The position numbers and the translations under genes were made by a program. From Salpingoeca rosetta (Eukaryota; Protista; Choanoflagellata), in contig JAWQFM010000003.1 of the NCBI GenBank assembly GCA_033442325.1, positions 1,456,473 to 1,520,472 on the forward strand: a stretch of DNA of 64,000 bases. The letters run 5' to 3'. Positions 54,256 to 64,000 of this stretch are shown here, piece by piece. Positions within the stretch are counted from its first letter, which is position 1, and every line of letters begins with the position of its first letter. The notes below the pieces were generated by a model. That model searched no databases and was not told the origin of the DNA. It saw only the letters and a program-made list of their open reading frames with translations.

Positions 54256-57200
54256 CGTGTGAGCGGATGATGTTGTGAAACGACTGAAACGGACACTTCA
54301 AGCAGTGCTGCATTCATACACACACACACACACACGCACACGCACAAGCGTACACACACGCATACACAACAAACAGACGCGCACGCGTACCAAGGGCCTT
54401 TGCAAGCATCTTCTGGGTGAGGCTGACGAGGAGGAAGAGGAGGTCGGGTACGCCCTCGCCCGTGTGTGCAGAGGTGGGCACAATGTTGACATACTCGCGG
54501 ATGTTCTTGTTCTTCCAGTAGAGCTCCGTGTTGATGCCGCGCTCCGCAAACTGCAGCTTGATGTGGTCCAGGCGCGTCTCAAAGTCCTGGATGGCCGGCT
54601 GCTTCTGCTTCTTCAGGGCAAGCTGGATGGGCGTGTTTGGCGTGCGGATCCACCCGTTGAGGCGGTCAACCTTGTTCAGCGCAATGACAAACGGCGCCTT
54701 GCGCTTGCGCAGCATCTCCAGGGACTCGGCCGTCTGCGGCTCAATGCCGTGCATAATGTCGACGACAAGCACAGCCATGTTGCACAGCGACGACCCACGC
54801 GAGCGCAGGTTGCTGAACGACTCGTGCCCGGGCGTGTCAATCACAAGCAAGCCCGGCACCTTAATCTCAAACTTGCTGCCCTTCTTCACCTTTGCCGTCT
54901 GCCGCTCAATCTCGTCTGTGGGGATGTACGTCGCGCCAATCTGCTGCGTGATGCCGCCGGCCTCACCGTCCTGCACGTGGCTGCGACGAATCTTGTCAAG
55001 CAGCTTTGTCTTGCCCGTGTCGACGTGCCCCAGCACAGCGCAGATGGGCGACCGCAGCTTGTCTGTCGTCCGCTTGGCCTCGTTCTCCTGGCGCCGCCGC
55101 TCAATCTCCAGGCGCGCCGCCTCAACGCGCTCCTCATGCAGCTCCTCCTGCGTCTTGTGCTGTCGCTCAACGCGGCTCTCGGCGCTGCGTGTGTACGTCT
55201 CCACGGCGGCTTCGTCGCCCTCTTCCTCGTCATCATCATCGTCACCGTCACCATCACCACCGGCTGCTGCTGCTGCTGCTGTTGGTTTTGCGGTGGCGGC
55301 GGTGGCGGTGGCACCGTCCTGGCCCTCGTCCTCTGCCTGATCATCGCCATCATCACCGTCGCCGCCCAGACCAAGGTCAGCAGCGTCCAGCAGCTGCAGG
55401 AGGAGATGAGGGGGCGAGGTTGCAATTTGGAACGTAGGTTTGGGGGGGGGGGGGGAGAAGGTTATGCGCAGGGGAGAGGCCCACGTGAGGTGGTGGCGGC
55501 ATGGCAGAATTGGATTGCACAGCAAGATGTATGCGGGGGGGGGGGGAAGCAGTTGCACAAGAAACAAAAGCGCCGCGGGCAGCGAACAATGCAAGCCATT
55601 CACGACAAACGACAGCCATGTGCACATCAAACAACAAGCACGCGTGCGTGAGCCAAGCCAGCAGAGCAAGCAAGCGTACGTCTTCCCAGTTGTCGACTTC
55701 CTGGTCCTCTTCCTCCTCCATCTTCTTCTTTGCCTCTTCCTCTTCCTTTGCCTTTGCCTTTGCTGCCTCCTCGGCCGCCTTGGCTGCCTCCAGCTCCTTC
55801 TGCTTCTGCCGTTTCTTCTGGTTCTGCTTGTTGTTCGGGCGGTGCTGGCCTGTGGTGTTGTTGTTGCAGAAAGGGAGGGAGACGCACAGTCATGCGTGAG
55901 CGAGTGGTTCGCGTTTGGGGAGGGGGGGTTTGGGGGTTGGTGAAGGAGGAATGCGTGCACAGGTGAAACAATGAGCAGCGAAAGGAAGGCGCAGGCGCAG
56001 ATGGGATTACGTACTTGGTGGGCCAGTGACGTCTGTTGATTCACGTACGCAACATAAGGAAGTGGCGGTGCATGTGAGTTGAGCAAACAAAGTTTCACAC
56101 AAATGCATCGTCGCTGCACTCACACAGACCCACACGTGTTCAAAAAAAAAAAAAAAAAAAGAACACGAAGGCGCCACACACACACACACACACACCACAC
56201 ACCACATACGCACCTCCGCCGAACATCTGGGCGAGTTTCTGGCGGGCGAGCTCTTGCTTCTCCTCCTCGGTCTTCTCCTTCTCCCGCTTCTTTGCCTCGG
56301 CCTTGCGGCGCTGCTTGCGGAGGCGTTCGCGCTCGCGCTTCTTCTCGCGTCGTTCCTCTTCGCGGCGGGCCTCCTCCTCCGCCTTCTTCCGCTCTTCCTC
56401 CTCCTTGCGCTGCCGCTCTTCCTCTTCCTCCTTGCGCTTGCGCTCCTTGGCCTCAAACGCTTCCCGCTCCGCCTGCAGACATGCACTCGCAAGTGTTAGG
56501 AGGGGGAGGGGGGTACGCGTGCAACCACGCAGTGCGCACATGCAAACCGCCACTTCCACACAACAACAGAAAGGTACAAAAACGCACGACACACAACCAC
56601 AAACAAACACACGCGCACAAAATACAAATGACGAGACACAAACACACACACACACACACAGACACCAACAAACAAACAACACGAACGTGACCGACCTTGA
56701 GGGCCTGGGCGAGCTTGCTCATCTTCTTCTTCTTCTTTTCCTTCTTGGATTCGCCTTGCTGGCCCTCGGCACCCTCCTTCTTGCCCTCACCTTCTGCGCC
56801 AGCAGCCTCTTCTGTTTCCTTCTCCTTCTCCTTTCCCTCCTGTTCCTGTTCTTCCTCCTCCTGCTGTTCCTTCTCCTCCTGCTCCTTCTTCCTGAGCGCT
56901 TCTTCCTCTGCCTTGCGCGCTGCCTCGGCCTCGGCCTCAGCCTCCATCTCATCTTCGAGCTCGAGCGCAAACGCATCGAGGTCGACCGCGTCCTGCTGCT
57001 TCTTGCCCTTCTTCTTCTTGCCCTTCTTCTTCTGCTGCTTCGACGGCAGCGTCACCTCCTCCTTCTCTTCCTCCACTTCAGCCTTGGCGTTGTTCTTCTT
57101 GTTCTTCTTGTTCTTCTTCTTCTGCTGCTGCTGCTTTGGCGGCTGCTCGGCCACGCCCTCCTCGTCCTCGTCCTCATCCGACAGCATGAACATGTCCTGC

Positions 57201-58039
57201 GGCACCTGCTGCTGCTGCTTCTTGCCCTTCTTATTCTGCGAGGGAGACAAGCGCATGGTGAACGGTGGTGGCATGGAAATGGGTCGCGATGCGTGCATGC
57301 ATGCAGGAGCATGTTCACGTGCATACAAATACCACAGAGGTAGTTGTGTGTGTGTGCGTGTGTGTGAAGAACCTAACAGGTTACAAGCATGCAATGACAA
57401 GAATACCTTCTTCTTCTGCTGTTGCTGTTGCTTCTTCTTCTGTTGGGCCTGCAGGGCCTCGAGTTCAGACTCGCTCATGTCGAGCTCGTCCTCGTCAGAT
57501 GCAAGGTCGGCCTTGGCCTCGGCATTCAGCGCCTCCATCTCGGCCATCCTGCACCGAGCGAGCGAGCAAAACAAGCCAACAAACAAGCGAGCGGGAAACA
57601 AAAAGTACAATGAGGATCATGGGATGGGGCGAGTCGCGGGTTAAGGGAGTCATGTGGCAGAGTGACGCAAAAGGACACGCAAACAAGCGCATGGCATGAC
57701 GAGCACGACGAAGGCAATGTTGATAGACAAAGCATTGAGCAATTCATGAAGGTGTAGCAGAAGGCATGAAGAGGTTTCAGGGGGTGGGTGGTGTTATCAG
57801 GGAGAGGGATGAAGATGGTCAAAAAAGGAAAGGGTGGGTGGAAAGGGAAATGGCATGGGAAGCGTGGCAGAAGAGAAGTAGGAGGAGAGGAGAGGGGAGC
57901 ACAAAGATGAAGAGGGTGCATGGGAAAAATGAACGGGTGATGGGTGTGTGTGTGTGTGTGTGTGAGGGAGAGTTTGTGTGCGAGTGTGTTGAACGAACCA
58001 GTCATCGTCGTCGTTGCGACGTCCCTTCTTCTTTCCCAT
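53017..58039 (-). CDS. EIF5B: Eukaryotic translation initiation factor 5B
   Basis: K/E-rich N-terminus; [76 protein letters not shown] and DIIYHL; ends VFKIL*. Confidence 0.97.
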
Positions 58040-58198
58040 GGTGCTGGTTGCGGGTTATGCTGGGAATCGGTGTGGTTACGCGCTGTGGACGAGGAAGTAA
58101 ACAAGGTGTGTGTGTGTGTGTGTTGGAATTATTAGGTCACGGCCGTGTTGTGGTAAAACCAACTCCAGATGTGGCATAGCTTGTCAGCGGTGACACAA

Positions 58199-58233
<35 letters not shown>

Positions 58234-58607
58234 TGTGTGTGTGCGCGCGCGAGACAACTGCTCTTGGCTGGTAAGTTTGGACGCTTGCTTGCTTGATGTG
58301 GAAAATGCCAAGGTGTCAGCCCTCGCCCAGCCTGTGCATGTTATGGGCTTTTGTGTTGTGTTACACCGAGCCACCGGTGCTGTGCAACGCAAGCAGTGCA
58401 CCACCAACACTTACGCAGTGGAGTGCTCGAACAACACAAGACGATGGTGGCGACGACACACTGCGTAAGCGCAAGCGAGAGAGCAAAAGCAAAAAAAGGG
58501 CGCAGACAGCAGCAACACGTGAGAGAGAGAGAGAGAGCAGAGAGGAAAGAGAGAGCGAGATGTTGAATGCATTTTGTGGTGTCGGTTGGAGATCAAAATC
58601 CCTCAAA

Positions 58608-58996
58608 ATGTCAACCTCCGAGAAGAGCGAGGTGTTGGCGAGCGACAACCTGCCAGACCAGGTAGGTGTGCGTGCAGTGTTTTGGTCGGTGTGTTGCTGT
58701 GTGAGCTGTGCATACTCTGTGCACACTGTTTGCATAGCGTGTGTGCACTCGCGATTGCGTGGGATAGTCTTGTTGTCCAAATTGAATGTGTGTCACACTC
58801 ACCACAATCAGTAATCACTGAACGCACTGACCTTTGCAAATCCACATCAACAACAACATCACAACAAATACAAACATGGCCAGGTGTTTGCAGACCTGGT
58901 TGAGGTTGTTGTGGAGATCCTCACATCTACGTCCACGGTACGAGCGTGTGCGTGTGCGTGTGTGTGCGTGTGTGCGTGTGTGTGTGTGTGCGTGTG

Positions 58997-59085
<89 letters not shown>

Positions 59086-59518
59086 CTGCGTCTTGTTGGA
59101 CGAGGCGTGGTTCCAGTCGCTGTGCAAAAGCTCTGCTAAAAACCCTTGCTCCTAGCCAAGGTGCTCCACATACCGTCACAATTGCAAACCCACATGTTTG
59201 CACACGCACGCACGCACGCTCGCTCGCACGCACGCACGCACCACTCTCCTCTCTTCTCTTCATAGACGGACGAGCTGGTGACCAAGGTCAAGGAGTTTGC
59301 ACAATCGCATGAGGATGCAAGTGCACGTGTCATAAACGCCTCGTTTCGGGGCTGGCTCACATTCTTCCGAAACGCCCAACGCACAGGCATGAGCGTCAAG
59401 GCCATCTTCGAAGAGCTCATGCGCATCGGTCAGTTGGCCCCTGTGTGCGTGTGTGCGTGTGTATGTGTGTGTGTGCGTGTGTGTATGTGTGTGTGTGCGT
59501 GTGTGCGTGTGTGTGCGC

Positions 59519-59550
<32 letters not shown>

Positions 59551-60538
59551 GTGACATTGCGAGTGGGGAACGTTCACGAGGTGTGGCACGCAGCTGCAAA
59601 GGGTTCTCCGTTTCACCTTGTCGGCCTGTGTTGTCTCAGCTTGTTGCCGCCGCGCACTTGTCGTTTTTTTGCCATGTCCCAAACGCTACTTGGTGCCTGG
59701 AACGATGCCTCCTCTCATCGCTTTTCCTCACGCAAGCTGATGATCCTTACTTTGCAACATGTTCACCACGCCAGGGTTCTCAAAGGGCAAGGCGCAATAC
59801 GTGGCGAAGAAATTCAAGGCTAACGAACAGGCGCTCACACGCACGCTCATCGGAAACACATTTGCCATCAACGAGATTGTAGACATGCAATGGAAGTTTG
59901 GAGGTGAGCTCGTTTGTACGTGGCGCGCGCGCGCGTGTGTGTTAATGTGTGTGTGTGTATGTGTGTGTATGTGTGTGTGTGCATATGTGTGTGTGCGAAA
60001 CATGTCGGAAGCCGGCAGCGATGTAGTAGTCAGCTCCCTCTCTTTTCTCCTCTCCCCCTCTCCTGTGCCTTCTTGACCAACACCCCTCCCGTCTCACTGC
60101 TTCTGCTGTTGCAACCAACCAACCTTATCACTCTTGCATTGCAGTGACTGCGGGGAGCAGCGAGTTCAAGCAGACGGGCGACTCGTTCCTGCAGCTCAAA
60201 CTCATTCTCCAGCGCGGCACCACCCGCGAAGAAGCATACATGGGTCAGAACCTTGCACTTGCGCTGTGCTCTGTGTGTGCGCGTGTGTGTGTGTGTGCGT
60301 GTGCGTGTGTGTGTCTGTGTGTGTCTGTGTGTGTCTGTGTGTGTCTGTGCGTGTCTGTGTGTCTGTGCGTGTGTCTATGTGCTGGGCTGCATCGTATCAC
60401 AATGCTCACAACAGTGCACATACCCACAACGTTGCGTGATCGCGTTGTGCGTGCACAACAGAGCTGTCACTGCCGCAGTTCTACGCGTTCTTGAAGGAGA
60501 TGGAGACAGCAAAATCCTGCCTGGAGTCTCTCTCATAG
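58608..60538 (+). CDS. COMMD7: COMM domain-containing protein 7
   Basis: C-terminal COMM domain [12 protein letters not shown]|[22 protein letters not shown]|[22 protein letters not shown]; six exons. Confidence 0.9.
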
Positions 60539-61023
60539 GGGCAGTGCATGTGTGTGTGTGTGTATGTGTGTGTGTGTTCATCGTTTTGGATTATGATGTA
60601 CCTTTCTCTGTCGGATGTGTTAGAAGGGCCGTCACAGTGTTACATTCAACGGTTCCTCAGCCATTGTAGTCGCTCCTTCGTAGGTCGAGAGAGTGTGTGC
60701 AGTTGTTCTTGGCATTGTGGTTTCGCTTCTCCCCTGGGTTTTCTCTTCCACTATGATTGTGTTTGTTTACACGTTTCGCTATATCCAAGACACACCATCA
60801 GCTATGCACGGAAAGCAGCAGCAGGGAAACAGAATCAGCGGTCACATCAGGGACGATGAGGGTGACAGGTATGAACAGCAGGCAGACAGACGAAGTGATA
60901 AAAAACCCAGCAGAGGGGAAGAAGAGGAAGAGGAAAAGTGCGAGTGGAACGCAGACGTGGGCGCACAGATGTATCGACAACAGATTTGGGGGGGGGGGGC
61001 TCGCACGCGCGTTCACAAAACGC

Positions 61024-61086
<63 letters not shown>

Positions 61087-61107
61087 GATCTTGTGTCCAG
61101 CCGCCCC

Positions 61108-61695
61108 TCAGCCAAACTTTGAGAGGCGTTTCCTGGCCTGAGCGACGTTCTCGCTCAAGTCCGCACAGAAGATGTGGCCGGCGGCGTTGCAGGCGATGAT
61201 CCAGTCCTTGTACCTCTCGTTCATCGAACAGTCAATCTGGGATACCGCGCAGAGGGCATGGGGTAGGGGGGATTGAAGGGCGTGAAGGATTGGCGGAAGA
61301 ACAGAGGGGAGTTGTGACTACGCATCTTATTCCAGCACACACACACACACACACATACACACACATACACGCACGCACAGACAGGCACAGGCAGACACAA
61401 CTAATGTGTACGTACAGCGGTGATGGACTGGAGCGGGGTCGGGAACATGAGTCGCTTGACGTCGTCATGGTAACCGAGCGCCTCAACCCGCGGCATCGTG
61501 TACCGTTCGTGCATGTCACAGTGCACAACCAACTTGCACTGCTCGCGAGCAGCGTTGCGGTTGGCAGGCGTGGCAGCGCTGTCATTACGCAACACGCGCG
61601 CAGTCACCACGGCGTTGTCCGCAAAGTGCAGCTGCTGCGGCTTTGGTAACGGCTGTGCACGTTGGTTGTTGTGTTGTGCGTTGGTTGTTGTGTTG

Positions 61696-61768
<73 letters not shown>

Positions 61769-62738
61769 AAGCGAGTTTGTGTGAGTAAATAAAAGCAAAG
61801 CATGGTTCGCAAAGGGAAGTTCACAACAAACACACGCGCACACACGCACAAATACACAACATGAGCAATCCCCCTAACAGTACGTCACGTCATAGAATTT
61901 GCGGTGTCAGCAATAGCAGTACCTCTGTTCCGTCTGTGAGCACGGAAATGTTGAGCCAGCCCTCGCTGCCACCATAGCAGATGATGTTGTGCCACGAGTT
62001 GCATCCCAGCGCGAAGATGGTCCCTGGCACGCGGGCGGCCGGAGGCGCGGGAGGGGTGTTGCGCGGGTCGGCGTTGATCACGCGAATGAGCTCATCATCG
62101 CCGGCAACACAGGGCCCGTCGCGGTGGTGCGGCCACGACAGCCCGTACTTCCACCACCAGAACGGCTGTGGAGATATGCGCACCTCCACCGTCGGCGTCA
62201 CGCTGATGGTCGTCATGCTCTCTCCGCTGCTCGTGGTTGCGGTGTGCACGGCAACCTTCCAAAGCTGTCGTATGCATTCAGGCACGAGGGAGGGAGAGAT
62301 GGGAGGAGAGGTATGGCAGGAGTGCAGGACAATTGGAATGAGCATCGCAAAGCGATGGGAGGGGAAGAAGACGCCCTTGCCAAGCCCTGAAAGGAGTGAA
62401 CGCACACATATACGCACACACACGCACACACGCACACATGCACACGCACACACACACACGCACGCACACACTCCAGGGCAGACACAGCCTCGGCGGCAAG
62501 CCGACCCAAGGAGCACACACAGTGCGCACCTTGACGTCTCTGGTGTGGCCTGTGGTGGCCAGAACGGGCTCACGGCTCGGCTTCCACTTGACCACGGTGA
62601 TGGGTTTGTTGTACCCATTTGCCGCATCAAACAAACACGCTGCCGGTACCACCCTGGACAGCGACAAGGGAATGGGCAAGAGGAGGTACCAAAGTCAGAA
62701 AAGAAGTGTGTGTTGTGGGTTGCTTGTGTGTGTATGGT

Positions 62739-62831
<93 letters not shown>

Positions 62832-63083
62832 TGTGTGTGTGTTTGCTAGTGGAAATGGGTTACCAGTCAACGGATAACGGAACCTCCTCGAGCGTCTCCA
62901 AGTAGCCAACGATTGGCAAGTCAATCACAGCGCCGGCAGCCTGAAAAGGCATGAGGTGATAGACAAGAGCGCCGTGTTCAAGACGAGTAAGGGGCGTGCA
63001 CACAAACACAGACAGACGCAGACAGACGCAGACAGACACAGACACAGACAGATACACAGACGCACACACAGACACAAACACAG

Positions 63084-63115
<32 letters not shown>

Positions 63116-63348
63116 GGCCGCGATACGAGCAGCTGCTGACCAGTGTGCGCGCATGTGGCGGTGCAACGAGGGCAAGCGTGCCAGAGGAAAATCCCATCGC
63201 CATCAGCCCGAGCGACGCAGGTGCGTTGCGGCCGTGAAACCGCCACGTCATGCACATCAGCCGACCGTGGCCACACCGACACGTGTATGCGTGGTGAAGG
63301 TTTGGTATCGCATCATCAGCGCCGCCGTCGCTGCTGCTGCTTCTGCCG

Positions 63349-63403
<55 letters not shown>

Positions 63404-64000
63404 GATTGTCATTGCTCGCACTTGTCGCTTTCCGAGTCGCTGATGATGACGATGAGGGCGCCGATGCCGAGGCATCTTGAGCAGGCTGTGTCTGATGCTG
63501 CTGCTGTTGTTGTTGTTGCGCATCATCGCTTGCTGTCGCGAGCGTCCACATCTGCATACAGTCGCCCCGTCCTTGCGCGGGGAGCACGCCGCTCAGCCGG
63601 TGCTCTGTTGTCCGCGTCGGCTCGGGCGAAGACACGCCGATTGCTACATGCAGCGGCGACACTGCAGGGGAGGCGGGAAGCAGTAGAGTGAGTGGTGTGT
63701 GAGAGAGAGGGAGAGAGAGTGCGCGAGTGAATGAGAGGGAGAGGATGTGTCCATTGCACATGCGCGGAATGAAGTGGCCGAGAAACAGGCAACGCAACAA
63801 CAGGAAACATACGCGCCAGTCATGCAAGTGTGCACAGGAAGTCTGGGTGACGTACCGGGGTAGGGGCAGGTGGCGCAGGCAACGACACGCTTGCCCGTGA
63901 AGCCAACGCACAGCTATCATTCATAGGACAGCAGGCAAGAGACAGGCGTTAGCAAACACATATACACACACGCACACAATCGTGAATGGCACAGGACGAG
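61108..64000 (-). CDS. WD40-repeat protein, probably TFIIIC subunit 2 (GTF3C2/Tfc6)-like; 5' end outside the window
   Basis: Blade-like segments VVACATCP, VAIG..MQMWTL, LMCMTW..LGLMAMGFSSGTLAL, PLSVDW, ITVVKWKP..LATTGHTRDVK|LWK and WIIACNAAGHI. Stop inferred at 61108. Confidence 0.55.

Noticed and set aside
53123-55651. Long plus-strand ORFs antisense to eIF5B (likewise opposite the PPR-like and ankyrin-methyltransferase genes)
   Set aside because: Shadow ORFs of GC-rich coding sequence with no independent motifs.

Overview
Eukaryotic, intron-rich genomic DNA with introns full of (GT)n/(CA)n microsatellites and two 100-N scaffold gaps. The gene content (PTP/SH2/SH3, WW-PDZ, ciliary genes) and intron style suggest a choanoflagellate such as Salpingoeca; this is inference. 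About 14 spliced or intronless genes are supportable: CFAP92-like (partial), a MAGI-like WW-WW-PDZx3 scaffold, an SH3 protein with a neurabin/spinophilin-type PP1-binding module, a PTP-SH2-like-coiled-coil-SH3 phosphatase, an ankyrin-methyltransferase, TRAPPC13, a protein with a CFAP20DC-type C-terminal motif, NLE1, a PPR-like protein, TRMT2A, MAEA, eIF5B, COMMD7 and a GTF3C2-like WD40 gene (partial). The best candidate for an undescribed system is 7.2-24.5 kb. The SH3/PP1-docking exons appear to splice in frame into the tyrosine phosphatase, which would give a PP1-recruiting PTP with a pseudo-SH2 and a TKM-COOH tail, encoded head-to-head with a MAGI-like PDZ scaffold. A second signal is a polarity of intronic repeats: (GU)n after donors and (CA)n before acceptors. 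All exon structures and family assignments were made by eye and from memory, with no database searches.
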